Shown: in pieces, positions 10,045 to 20,300 of the stretch | Position numbering within the stretch: position 1 is the first letter of the stretch | How the letters are laid out: every line of letters starts with the position of its first letter | IMG/VR virus record: IMGVR_UViG_3300023174_000082 | Span: 1 to 64,000 of that record | Reading direction: 5' to 3' (one strand) | From: a virus | Length of the DNA stretch: 64,000 nt | The notes under the pieces: generated by a model | Database searches by the model: none | Told to the model about the DNA's origin: nothing | Seen by the model: only the letters and a program-made list of their open reading frames with translations | Position numbers and translations under genes: made by a program

Positions 10045-10728
10045 ATGCATAAGATTATAATTCCCAGATACGCAAATTTGTCGTGTTCACAATTAGGGCA
10101 CGACAGCCCAACACATGCTGGTCAAAAGTTTTTCATGCATGAGCCAGTACAATATCAATTCAATGCCAACGGTTTTAGAACACACGATTTTTCCCAGCTT
10201 GATTCCAACTGTGTGTTGATTGTTGGCGACAGTTATACACTGGGCATGGGCGAAAATATTAACTGTTGCTACACTACCATAATAGAACAGCAACTGGGTT
10301 GGCCAGTGTTCAATATCAGTTTGAATGGTGCCAGCAATGATTGGATTGCTAGGCGCACAAAAGACATGCTAGACATAGTACAACCACGTGCAATTGTAAT
10401 ACATTACACATTTAGTCATCGTCGTGAATTCCACAACACAGCCTGGCACGATGACGAACGCACCTTGTGCGAACCTGTGCATACATCAGCTGAAAATTTT
10501 GATAACTGGCAACAAAATTTTAATAAAATTATTGCATCAGCTGGATCAACACCGTTGATTCACAGCTTTATCCCAAATTGGCACGATGCACCAGTTGATT
10601 ATGCTGTCATGCCAGGCATGATACTGCCACCCATTGAGTCAGTGGACTGTGCTCGTGATGGGTTTCATTACGGACCACGCACACATCAACTGTTGGCCAA
10701 TCAAATTACCAACCTTCTTGCTGCCTAA
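10045..10728 (+). CDS. SGNH/GDSL hydrolase-like protein (esterase or acyltransferase)
   Basis: Block I IVGDSYTLG, block II NISLNGASND, block V RDGFHYG. Likely start is ATG 10045. Confidence 0.75.
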   Translation: MHKIIIPRYANLSCSQLGHDSPTHAGQKFFMHEPVQYQFNANGFRTHDFSQLDSNCVLIVGDSYTLGMGENINCCYTTIIEQQLGWPVFNISLNGASNDWIARRTKDMLDIVQPRAIVIHYTFSHRREFHNTAWHDDERTLCEPVHTSAENFDNWQQNFNKIIASAGSTPLIHSFIPNWHDAPVDYAVMPGMILPPIESVDCARDGFHYGPRTHQLLANQITNLLAA

Positions 10729-11629
10729 TAACATCTATTTCACGTGTCATAACACCACGATTGCGCCAGTCAGAACGATAGTGATATTTGAAGAACGCTG
10801 ATTGTTCTGCTTCCAATATGGCCATCGGAAGATCCAATTGTGTGCCCAGTTCAGGACCCAGTTGATTGCTGAGTATGCGAGGGTTTGAATCTTTCACAGT
10901 ATCCCACAGCGCCTCTAGTGCAGCAAAATCTTGTACTTGACGATGATCCCAGTTTGTGAGCATGGTCATGTATGTGCCTTGGCGGCTGCCAGCAATAGCC
11001 CATTCTCCGTGATCAACGTCTGTGCCAATGTTGTGCCAGATAGTCAAGTTGTCAAGATTGCGTAGCACTTGATTTTTAAATTCTTCCACAGTGGGTCGGC
11101 GCCCGCGTTGCAGACACATCTTAACACCTTCACGGAATCCTGCACGCCAGGCATGAAATGGCGATCCATTGGGATAGGTATTTGAGTAGCAGTCGTGCAT
11201 GGGCCAGTATAAAGGATCAAAGCAAAACTCTACTTCAGTTTCTGCACGACCATCCGTGGCTTCGTGAGTTTGCATGTTCTGCACAAAGTCTCGGGTCCAA
11301 CTACTCAGGCCACCGTTGCCATACATCAGTCCGTTGATATGGTTACGTGCCCGCCACCGGAACACAGCACTCTCATATTCTTCATTAGGAAAAACAAGTG
11401 TCTGATTAAAAAACGCCGGGTCGGGGAGATTGTCGCCATCGATGAGAATGAATCTATCCGTACTACTCGCTTGGGCTGCCGCTTTGTGAGCTGCATCGCT
11501 CCCTTTAACGCCATCCACCCGTTGTGCCCAAGGAACCATATTCCTAATCTTGACCCAAAATTCTTCTCGTTGTGGTTCGTCATAACTCAAGTATATGCAA
11601 TCTAAGTCTGCAACGTCAATCTGTTTCAT
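10706..11629 (-). CDS. GT-A-like (DxD) glycosyltransferase-like protein
   Basis: IYLSYDEP..RVDGVKGSDAAHKAAA..FILIDGDN, with a DxD motif after a hydrophobic strand. Confidence 0.55.
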   Translation of the reverse strand: MKQIDVADLDCIYLSYDEPQREEFWVKIRNMVPWAQRVDGVKGSDAAHKAAAQASSTDRFILIDGDNLPDPAFFNQTLVFPNEEYESAVFRWRARNHINGLMYGNGGLSSWTRDFVQNMQTHEATDGRAETEVEFCFDPLYWPMHDCYSNTYPNGSPFHAWRAGFREGVKMCLQRGRRPTVEEFKNQVLRNLDNLTIWHNIGTDVDHGEWAIAGSRQGTYMTMLTNWDHRQVQDFAALEALWDTVKDSNPRILSNQLGPELGTQLDLPMAILEAEQSAFFKYHYRSDWRNRGVMTREIDVIRQQEGW

Positions 11630-11945
11630 AAGTTTGTTTGCTCCAATATGTGCCGTGTTCTTTTACCACAATGGTTACATCATCAGGATGACACATTGTG
11701 CCTGAATTTTGTGGTACAAGTTTTTGTGTGGTTTTCCAAGTTGTTTCTACAAGTTTACCATCTCGCACACGCACACGAGTGGAATTTTTAGCAAATGTTT
11801 CTTGATCAATTTCTATGTATGTACCAGGCAGATCTTCCATGCTGTAAAATAAAGGACAGCCCTGGTCATCATGATACAATCTGTACGTTACAGGATCAGG
11901 CCTGGGCATGTGTTCTAGTGCGCCAAAAAATTCCTCAGGTGTCAT
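11616..11945 (-). CDS. Hypothetical protein
   Basis: ORF within the operon. Start MTPEEFF at 11945 forms an ATGA overlap with the upstream stop. Confidence 0.7.
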   Translation of the reverse strand: MTPEEFFGALEHMPRPDPVTYRLYHDDQGCPLFYSMEDLPGTYIEIDQETFAKNSTRVRVRDGKLVETTWKTTQKLVPQNSGTMCHPDDVTIVVKEHGTYWSKQTYETD

Positions 11946-12712
11946 TTCCAGCCTCGTCCATAGTGAAACGCACCCCACTGTGCCACTGTGTTGATACGCA
12001 AGCGCCAGTCTGAATATTCCCATACCAGTTCACGACCCCAGTATTCAGTTTCAGTTCCAGCGTGGTGCCGTTTCATGTGTACAATTTTTGGATACGAAGC
12101 AAATGGCAAGGTCACACGTTCTGGACCCATGATTTCAGCTGCCATGGCATACACTAGATCAGTGTCTGCTGTTTCGGGTGCAAACTTCAACAGTTGCCTG
12201 AATTGCGGCCAGTTGGCAAATATATCACGCACTAACATAAAGAACTCTTGAGCTGTGAGGCTCAATCGCCAGTAAGTTACGGCATTGTACACATCTGGTA
12301 AGTTGTTCACATCAAACACTGATCTGTAGTTTCTAGCTGGGCTAACTTGGTCTTGCCAGTTTCTGCAACCAGTTGATACCACAACATCACGATGCCTAAA
12401 CAAAGTCCACCAGTGCGATATGTCACTCACAATCAGCATGTCTGCTTCTAGCTTTATGGTTTCCCTAAACGGTGAGTTCTTGAACACCTGCCAGTCATTG
12501 GCCCAAGGGTTTTCACGGTCCACATTGTCAATCACTTGATAGTGATCGTATATGGGATCGTTGCTTTGCTTGGCATCTGTAATCAAACAAACTTTTGCAC
12601 CCGGATCCCAACGTTTGATTGTTTTGGTCAATGTTCTAGCACAATCCAAGTAGTCAACTTTGTCAGAGTTAATGGCCAGTATCACATAACCTTGTTCATC
12701 AATGGGACGCAA
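11942..12712 (-). CDS. GT-A fold glycosyltransferase-like protein (GT8-like)
   Basis: GYVILA..Y..CA..L..TIK, SPFRETIKLEADML (DxD variant) and a C-terminal HMK. Paralog of the next gene. Confidence 0.6.
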   Translation of the reverse strand: MRPIDEQGYVILAINSDKVDYLDCARTLTKTIKRWDPGAKVCLITDAKQSNDPIYDHYQVIDNVDRENPWANDWQVFKNSPFRETIKLEADMLIVSDISHWWTLFRHRDVVVSTGCRNWQDQVSPARNYRSVFDVNNLPDVYNAVTYWRLSLTAQEFFMLVRDIFANWPQFRQLLKFAPETADTDLVYAMAAEIMGPERVTLPFASYPKIVHMKRHHAGTETEYWGRELVWEYSDWRLRINTVAQWGAFHYGRGWK

Positions 12713-13496
12713 TTATCATCTCCAAATGACGTTTGCCCATGGCGTGAAAATCCATGCCTGACCAACCTAGTGTTTTGCGCTTTTGATCACTGTCCATGTA
12801 ATTTATTGTGTAGTAGTCTGGGCCATTACTGGTCAACGCAGTGTCGGGCATGGCGGTCATCAAGGGCCAAGGAATTTGGTCTACTAAGCCAGTGTGCCCG
12901 CTCACTATGCCAATAGCAATGGTCAACGCAAAGTCGTTTCTATAAGTTTTTTTATCAATCCCGTACAAGTCTCGGTAGTGTTGCCAGTTGTCACGAATCA
13001 TATTCATGCAATCAAAAATGTACTGTGCAGTGTTTGATTGACGAAACATCATCACAGTGGCCCAATACATGGGAATGTTGTAGCGTCCAAATACATTGAG
13101 TCCTGTTAAGGGATAGCCGCCAGCAAGATTTACAGCAGTTTTGTGACACATGAAATCTGTGTTACATTCCAAAACAGTTTTGAGGTCTGAGCTGGCCACA
13201 ACATAATCTGCATCTAGCACCAGGGTCTGTTCCCACGGGCTCAGTGTATATGCATCTACCCTACCGGCATTGTGCCAGGTCACAGTTTGATTGTAATCTT
13301 CAAAATATCTGGTACCACCACTTTGTGCTCGGGAGTTTATGACATAATCAAAGTCGCCTAGCGGGTTTTCATAATCAGTTACCACAGCCACAGGGATTCC
13401 AAGATGCCGGTGTATGTTTTTGGCAGACCATGCTGCCATAGAAATATAATCAGTTTGCTCGTTATCAAAAGCAAATATCAGTGCGCCAGTGGTCAT
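12699..13496 (-). CDS. GT-A fold glycosyltransferase-like protein (GT8-like)
   Basis: GALIFAF..YISMA, SPWEQTLVLDADYVV (DxD), RNDFA and HAMGK. Start at 13496 (ATGA overlap). Confidence 0.65.
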   Translation of the reverse strand: MTTGALIFAFDNEQTDYISMAAWSAKNIHRHLGIPVAVVTDYENPLGDFDYVINSRAQSGGTRYFEDYNQTVTWHNAGRVDAYTLSPWEQTLVLDADYVVASSDLKTVLECNTDFMCHKTAVNLAGGYPLTGLNVFGRYNIPMYWATVMMFRQSNTAQYIFDCMNMIRDNWQHYRDLYGIDKKTYRNDFALTIAIGIVSGHTGLVDQIPWPLMTAMPDTALTSNGPDYYTINYMDSDQKRKTLGWSGMDFHAMGKRHLEMIIASH

Positions 13497-13798
13497 CGCT
13501 GTTTGCTGAGTTCGTTGTGTACTGCAAGCCAAGCATTCATTTGCTCTTGCCAACGTTGCATGGCCAAGCTGCGCAGTTCTTCAGGACGTACTTGTACAGG
13601 ATTTTCATACAAGTCCAATAGCACTGCATTGCCCGGAGGCACAGCAGCCAAGATGTTTATGAGTTCAGGTCCAGCACGCCACATGCCGCCGGCATGTGCA
13701 AATATCATTCGTGCTTCGTACTTTTCTCGAATAACACGTTTAGCGGTGGCGTGGTCAAATCTTGCTCGTGCATGAGCAATTAAGTTTTCAGTATCCAT
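13493..13798 (-). CDS. Hypothetical protein (first gene of the glycosyltransferase operon)
   Basis: 101-aa ORF directly behind a promoter and coupled to the next gene. Confidence 0.75.
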   Translation of the reverse strand: MDTENLIAHARARFDHATAKRVIREKYEARMIFAHAGGMWRAGPELINILAAVPPGNAVLLDLYENPVQVRPEELRSLAMQRWQEQMNAWLAVHNELSKQR

Positions 13799-13803
13799 GT
13801 TGA

Positions 13804-13832
13804 ATTATAACAGAAAGTGCAAGGGCTGTAAA
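13804..13832 (-). promoter_or_regulatory. Sigma70-type promoter, probably giving a leaderless mRNA
   Basis: TTTACA (13832-13827), 17-nt spacer, TATAAT (13809-13804) with a TG extension. ATG 13798 follows after 5 nt. The -35 box lies in a hairpin AAGGGT-ttaca-GCCCTT. Confidence 0.65.
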
Positions 13833-13841
13833 CCCTTTTGG

Positions 13842-14792
13842 TTAAGCTGTTGTTGCGGCAACTGAAGGGGTTCCCCAGCTCGCGCTTAGATATGTTGTGC
13901 TGGGTGGATAGTAAGTCACAATGGTACAAGGTGCTGTACCAGGTGTTGCACCTGCGGCAGCCGTACCACCTGAAATTGGGTCGCCGTCTGATGCTGACCA
14001 TAAAGTGGTAATGGTCAGTGCAGTTGATCCTGCATTTTTAGCAAGCGAGTGCTGAATGAAGTTTGCAGTGTAAGGTGCGGTGTCAGCAAATTGTTTGTAA
14101 ACTATCACAGCAGCGCCGCCGGCAACTAGGGCATCCCATCCGTTACCTGTGGTCAATGTATTTGGTGTACCAGTTCCGCCAATTTTGGTTACACCTGTAT
14201 ATGAGGTGCCAGCAATGGTGTGAGCTGATGCCAGTCCAGAAATCCAAATGTCGCCGCACAGGGTTGAGGCCAGGTCATTCCATTCCGGATCGCCTGTTTG
14301 GCCTGTTGCTGATTTGGCGACGTCAATTTTAACCAAACCACCTGCATTGAAAAAATATTGAGCAGCAGCAGATGATGCAAAGGTAACGGTATTAGTAAAA
14401 GTAATGGTCCAGGTGGCACCTGTGGTTGCAGCAGTTTTGGAGTTTGTACCACTCCAACCAGTAAACTGTGAGCCAACAGCCACAGCTTGATATCGATTAT
14501 TATAGGTATTGGTAAGATCAGTGTTTACCGCTGCCAACACACTCACAAGAGTTCCTGTGGTCGGCGCACTTCTAGCGGTAATTGTAGTACCTTGATGGCT
14601 GGCCTGCGAGCTGATGGTGTTTACCAAGCTGGCCCACTGAGTAGCTGTTACTGTTCCTGCGGTACTTACTGTGCTTAGAGCTGTTTGTCCGTATGATGTG
14701 TCCCAGGTGGCGTTAACGTTGGCGCCAGCAGTGGTGCTAACAAAACCGTTGTAATCTGTGGCCTGAATTAAGCCGCCTGCTGAATATGTCAT
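13842..14792 (-). CDS. Virion structural protein (tail or tail-fibre associated)
   Basis: T/A/S/G-rich 316-aa protein beginning MTYSAGGLIQATDYN with an AQYFFNAGG motif, located after the fibre gene. Confidence 0.6.
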   Translation of the reverse strand: MTYSAGGLIQATDYNGFVSTTAGANVNATWDTSYGQTALSTVSTAGTVTATQWASLVNTISSQASHQGTTITARSAPTTGTLVSVLAAVNTDLTNTYNNRYQAVAVGSQFTGWSGTNSKTAATTGATWTITFTNTVTFASSAAAQYFFNAGGLVKIDVAKSATGQTGDPEWNDLASTLCGDIWISGLASAHTIAGTSYTGVTKIGGTGTPNTLTTGNGWDALVAGGAAVIVYKQFADTAPYTANFIQHSLAKNAGSTALTITTLWSASDGDPISGGTAAAGATPGTAPCTIVTYYPPSTTYLSASWGTPSVAATTA

Positions 14793-14804
14793 TCTAGTAT
14801 CCTG

Positions 14805-16586
14805 TTATTTTATTGTCACAATAGCTTCAATTGTACCCAATCCAGCGTCTAGTTTGCTACCTAGTGCTCGTCCAATTACATTGAAGGCTGTGGCTTCACC
14901 AGCTTGTGCAGCACGAGCAACACCGTCACCTGCGCTGACCAATCTATCACCTTTGCGTATTACACCGATTACTTGAACTGGTACACGCCCAGTCATTGCA
15001 ACTGGAGGGTGTGTATCGTCTTCACCTGCGCCACCGTTCATGGTGTAAGCTGGTCTAGTACTTATCACACCAAACACATTTTCGCTTAGATCTTGGCGTG
15101 CCCGAGTAATTTCTTTAACTCCACCTAGCTCAACCACAGTACCTGGTTCTAGCAATTCGTCAGCTTCAAAACGTTCTGCAACGTCAGCATACAGAGCTGT
15201 GGTAGCTGTAGCAAACACACGGTTAAAGTAGTTTGAACTTGAGCCAATGTTGCCCACAGCGTTTGTGCCAGACTTGTCAATGCTAGGCACAGTTAAGCCT
15301 GTAAGAATTGCACCAGAAGTTGTGAACACTGCCACGTTGGATGTAGCACCAACTGTGATGTTGGCATTACCACCTGGTGCGCCAATGTTGGCTTCGGTGG
15401 ATCCGTTAACAATCTTGGTCACGCTAACCGCTGCGCTCAAGCCTGTGAGCTGGCTGCCGTTACCAAGGAAGAAAGTACCAGCAATATTACCAGCTGAATC
15501 AATGTTGCCAGTGGCTGACACCAGGCCAGTAGTACGCAAGTTGCCAGCTTGTACGTTTCCGCTGGCACTGACTGTTACACCTTGCACCAAGGTGGTTGCA
15601 ATTACGTTACCGCCTGTTACGTTGCCTGTGGCGCTGACCAAGCCGCCTGTTAATACGTTACCGCCTGTTACGTTACCAGTAACACCAAGTGTGGTGCCAA
15701 CTGTGGCAGCATTGGCCACTGCAAATGTTCCATTGCCTCCTAATGCTCTAGCAACGTTGTAGATAGTTCCGCCTACGTTGGCTTGAATAATCAAATTGCC
15801 GCCTGAAATGTCTCCGCGGATTTGTGCATCATTTGAACTTTGTGTTACGCTGAATGCGTTGGTTGCACCCACAAACAATCCTGAATTGTTTAACACACGC
15901 AAAATACCAGTGGTAGAAGTATTGGTATCACTGCGCATGAATTGTGAACTGGTCAAGCTGTTGAGATAGCTGGCATTGTTTGCAGTACCAGCAAAAATTG
16001 GGCTGTTGGTAGCTGTTAATGTAATACCTGGATAAACTGTGGGGAATGTTGCTTGCAAGCTGGCTTGAGGAACAAAACTTGATGTATCATACACAATACC
16101 CACACGGTTGTTGTTTACATACAAACTGGTAATGTATTTTGTACCACCTACAGAGTCTGTAATGGTTTCAGGAATTGCACCTGATGTTCCCTGGCTGGCG
16201 CTGTATGCCGGGCCAACCACAATAAAAGCAGCGCCAGTCCAAACTTTCAACTGCTGGTTAGTGGTATCATACCACAAGTCGCCAGTGACGTTTGATGCAG
16301 GAGCACTAGAACTGGCAGTGGCAGCACTAATAGTTTTGAATGTAGAACCGTTGTAAACTTTTAGCAAGTTGTTGGTTTTGTCCCACCACAACTGTCCGGT
16401 CAACGGAGCAGCGGGCGCCGAAGTGTTAGATCCATTTTCCAACAATCGAACAAAGTTATTGTCCAAAAATTGACCGTATCCAGCGTAGTTTTTGCCCACT
16501 AATGTCATTGCGCTTGCGGTGTTTGTTGCACCATCAGCAATAGTTGCAAAAACTGTGCCGTCTGTTAGTGTAATTGTATATGCCAT
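14805..16586 (-). CDS. Tail fibre-like protein with a C-terminal intramolecular-chaperone-like domain
   Basis: GQLWWD/GDLWYD repeats, GNVTGGN shaft repeats and a C-terminal ADVAERF..PGTVV..GVIST..GRVPV..KGDRLVS. Confidence 0.7.
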   Translation of the reverse strand: MAYTITLTDGTVFATIADGATNTASAMTLVGKNYAGYGQFLDNNFVRLLENGSNTSAPAAPLTGQLWWDKTNNLLKVYNGSTFKTISAATASSSAPASNVTGDLWYDTTNQQLKVWTGAAFIVVGPAYSASQGTSGAIPETITDSVGGTKYITSLYVNNNRVGIVYDTSSFVPQASLQATFPTVYPGITLTATNSPIFAGTANNASYLNSLTSSQFMRSDTNTSTTGILRVLNNSGLFVGATNAFSVTQSSNDAQIRGDISGGNLIIQANVGGTIYNVARALGGNGTFAVANAATVGTTLGVTGNVTGGNVLTGGLVSATGNVTGGNVIATTLVQGVTVSASGNVQAGNLRTTGLVSATGNIDSAGNIAGTFFLGNGSQLTGLSAAVSVTKIVNGSTEANIGAPGGNANITVGATSNVAVFTTSGAILTGLTVPSIDKSGTNAVGNIGSSSNYFNRVFATATTALYADVAERFEADELLEPGTVVELGGVKEITRARQDLSENVFGVISTRPAYTMNGGAGEDDTHPPVAMTGRVPVQVIGVIRKGDRLVSAGDGVARAAQAGEATAFNVIGRALGSKLDAGLGTIEAIVTIK

Positions 16587-16611
16587 GTCAGTTACCTGTT
16601 CCTAGTTCGAA

Positions 16612-16619
16612 TATTTATA
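16612..16619 (-). promoter_or_regulatory. T4-type late promoter TATAAATA
   Basis: Exact match upstream of the fibre gene start at 16586. Confidence 0.7.
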
Positions 16620-17220
16620 CAGCGTTTATGTTGCTCAGCGTCTGTATCCGCAGTGTGTAGTCAATCTGAATTTGACGGTTCAAACTCTTTTGCACAGGGT
16701 GAAAAATCACATGTGTAATCAGTCTTAAATCGTCAGCAGATCCATTCCAGGATTTGAGTCCCAGTTCGTCAAAAACAAATTCACCATTGTAATTGGTAGA
16801 ATTATCAAAAGCCTGTTGTTCTGGTGGTTCGCCGTAGTCCAGCAAACAAGTTACCAAGATATCTGTGTACACGGTGCCCGATGTGTGTAGCACTGTCATT
16901 TTATTATTGGTTGGGTCAGTGTCTGCTGCATCATTATCGTCCACAACTTTGGCGTATGTTTCGTTATAAAGATCGGCGTTTTGCCCTGTGGTATTTGGGG
17001 GCAAGTAAGTGATCACGCCTGTGGGATCCACCGAGCTACCGCCGTTGCCAAATGCCATTTCGTATATTCTACCCAGTCCTCTGTTGCTCAGTGTTTGGGC
17101 CATAGCAATGGATATATTCTCGTAGTGAATTGCGTTCTTTTTATCTAGTAAAATTTCACCCGAAACTGGGTCATGTATTTTTACAAATCCTTCAATTTTG
17201 CACAGTCCTGGTACTATCAT
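16615..17220 (-). CDS. Baseplate or virion structural protein
   Basis: 201 aa with KKNAI..MAFGNGG..FDELGL..THVIFHPVQKS, located between the giant baseplate gene and the fibre gene. Confidence 0.6.
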   Translation of the reverse strand: MIVPGLCKIEGFVKIHDPVSGEILLDKKNAIHYENISIAMAQTLSNRGLGRIYEMAFGNGGSSVDPTGVITYLPPNTTGQNADLYNETYAKVVDDNDAADTDPTNNKMTVLHTSGTVYTDILVTCLLDYGEPPEQQAFDNSTNYNGEFVFDELGLKSWNGSADDLRLITHVIFHPVQKSLNRQIQIDYTLRIQTLSNINAV

Positions 17221-17366
17221 GCTCTTCCCTCCACATAAGTTTTTTGGGTTTTTGGATCAAAAATCCTCATGTGAGCCTGCACAGAAATAGTGCCCTGCTC
17301 ATTTGGGCGGCGCTGGGCATCAGCGGGTTTGGGACTCTGAGGTTTATTAACTTCGGTATTTGACAT
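17217..17366 (-). CDS. Small 49-aa protein (absent from the ORF track)
   Basis: MSNTEVNKPQSPKPADAQRRPNEQGTISVQAHMRIFDPKTQKTYVEGRA*. It is preceded by GATAAATA and has an ATGA overlap with the downstream gene. Confidence 0.7.
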   Translation of the reverse strand: MSNTEVNKPQSPKPADAQRRPNEQGTISVQAHMRIFDPKTQKTYVEGRA

Positions 17367-17373
17367 GGTCTAT

Positions 17374-17381
17374 TATTTATC
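17374..17381 (-). promoter_or_regulatory. Late promoter-like GATAAATA
   Basis: 7 nt before ATG 17366. Confidence 0.55.
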
Positions 17382-20300
17382 CTCCGTTCCGCCCGGTCAA
17401 GAACCTTGCCTGCGGTGTGTCAGTTTCTTGCAGTGCCAAGCCATCATTAACTTTGATTCCAGTTCCGTACCAGCCCAAGCCACGGCGTTGTAGTATGGTT
17501 ATTTCCACGCCTGGTGGGGGTGCTAACATAGGATCAATTGGGTTTGAGTCAGTAATAAACTCAATTGCCAACGGCTCAAAATCAGTTACAATCCAACGAT
17601 ATTGTCCTGGCTCAATTGGTACAGAACTGTCGCTGTAGTTATACTGACGAACACCACCAACATATACTTCTATAGTTTCTGTATAGATGCTGCTGGAATC
17701 ACCAAAGTCACTGATATCAATGCTTGGGGCATAGAATATTGTTGTTGAACCATCACCAACACTGGTATCACTTACCACATAGTTTTGATACTGTTCAGCT
17801 AATAAATTGCCTCGACTCATGTCGTACACGTATGCGCCAGTTTCGTGATCAGCTGCGCCAGTTCCTGCTGTGCCACGACGCAGACCTGTCAAGGTATTTG
17901 TGCCTACATTGCGTTCTCTGTACATGATTCGCTCACCATCGATGGTAATCACGCCAAATATACCTTCTGGCAAATTGGGTTCAGCACATGCGTTTGCATC
18001 GGCCACATGAATTGTGTCACCAGCAGCCAACAAAGGTTGTGTTAGAGTTGTGGTGGTTGCTGATGTAATTCTGTAAGTTCCTTGAACTCCGCGCATGTCT
18101 TGGAATATGCGGAACGCACATGCTTCAGGTACTAGACTTTCAGTAAATTCCGTAACAGCTAAAATTTGAGATGTCCCAATTGCACCACTGGCCAAAATTA
18201 TGTAGTCGTCTACCACAGTATAGTCTTGACCTTCAAACAAACGGTACCCATCTAGTGTTACCCATATTCTGCCTGCTTCAATGCCTGGACGAGCTAGGTA
18301 AAATTCATTTTTACTGATAGCGGTACCTGCACTGTAGTCAAACGAGCCAGGAGACCCACTAACTGACCCAGCATCAAAGTCGGTGCTGTCGTAAGGTTCT
18401 GCAATAGTAATACCTTCAACAATTGGTCCCACAAACACCAGTGTGGCAATGCTTTGCTGAGTGGTATCATTAAATGTGGTCACTGATATAATATTATCCA
18501 AAGGTGGTATTGAATTGAGTTGCAATAGTGATCCTGCTAGACTGTAATCAGCTAGGGTACTGACTGAAATCAAAATTGTATCACCAGCAGCCGGCGCAGT
18601 GTTAAACACCACTTGTCGTCCTGGCGTATTAGACCCATCCCAGTTGGTCACAGAATAATCGCCAACAGTTGCACCAAAACTTTGTACTTGTAACTCACTG
18701 TTTTTCCATACTTGTATGTCTGTTATGGCGTTAATTGTTGATTGTAAAAAGCTAGATCCCAATCTTTGTGGCAGTCCAAAACTGGTTGAGCTGTCATCTC
18801 CTTGCCACTCAATGCCAGCTGGGGGAGTCAAGCGCAGTCCATTCACTGTTACAATCATGTTGGCAGGATTTGTTCCTTCGACAGAATTCTCTAATGTAAA
18901 TCCACCAGTGCTGATCACTGTTGCATCAACCACTTGATATTGAACTTGTGGAGTAGACCATGAGTATTGTGTTGGTGTTTGAATTCCAAATGCCACCAAT
19001 GCAATTCCGTCGGCATCGCCAGGTGTGCTGGCCAAAGTAACTTTGGTCAACAATGTAGGAACATACACTTCCCAATAAGTTGTGTCAGTTATATCAGTAC
19101 CTTCTGGTACTGCTTGTATTGACCGATAATAAACATTAGAATCAATGACCACTATGTTGATTGGATAACTTTGCAAAATGTTCCAGGCATCTGCATCGTA
19201 GTATGGTTCCCAAGTTGGAACAGCAGACGATTCGCCGTTGACAAATATAACCACAGTGTAGATTTCTGTATCGTCAACTGGAATTATTACTGAATTTCCA
19301 ATTTCTGCACCAGTATAGTTGTCTCGATACAACTGGTTGCCGCCACCTAATTCATATACTGAAATGTTCACAACATCGCTGGTGTCAAACCCCATACTAG
19401 GAACAATTTCTACAGTTTCATTACCCCAATTGATGTAGTAATCTACGTCCAATGTCATGGTACGTCCCGACGTTTGATTGCTAACTAAAACTTGTACTGG
19501 ATGGTCTACCACCCCACTCCAACTCAAAATGTAAGATGATACTGGATTGTACACATAGTTAATAACACCAATTTGGAATCCGTGGCCGTCCATCTGCCAG
19601 TCAGATCCTGGACGAGTGTAAACTCTTATGTCTAGCGTATCAAACTCTGAACCGTTGACCAGTTCTTCTGGCGCATGTCCTTCGTAGGGTCCAATAAATT
19701 CGCCGCCGTCTACATTGACGTCTGTGTTGCGTAGGCCCAATTCAGTGTCTGTAAATTCACTTTCGTACTGAGCATCAACAATCTCTGTGCCCAAGAAGTA
19801 ATCACCCCACACTTGAACTCCTGGGTAATCAACACCATCAATTAACAAAGGCAATTCAAGTCCTGGAGAATTAACGCCAGACACATAGTAGCCCATGGTA
19901 CGATCTACACCACTTAGTACGCCTGGATCAACTTCTACCCAATCTTCAAGATTAAATGTGGGCCCAACCACAGCTGAACTTCCGTCGCTACTGTCAGCAC
20001 TCCATACACGATCATCATAACGTACTAAAGTTCCATTGAGATAAGTCCCGGTAGAACTCCATGTTTGTACAGACGTTTGATATTGATAGCGGTCGTACTT
20101 GATTACTGTTTTAAATGCTCTCACAGTGGTAAGAGGTATGTTGCTGCTGGTATCAATTTCCCATTGATCAAAATTCACCGCAGGATTAACGTTGTATACT
20201 TGTGCATCAAAGTCAGCTGGATTTCTATTGATCATGTTGGCATAGGCCTGAGCGCCAGAGCCGTTACCACCCGAAAACACTATGGTGGGAGTTGCCTGAT

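Noticed and set aside
15480-15720. Short DNA repeats (GTTACGTT/CCGCCTGTTA)
   Set aside because: Explained by GNVTGGN fibre-shaft peptide repeats.
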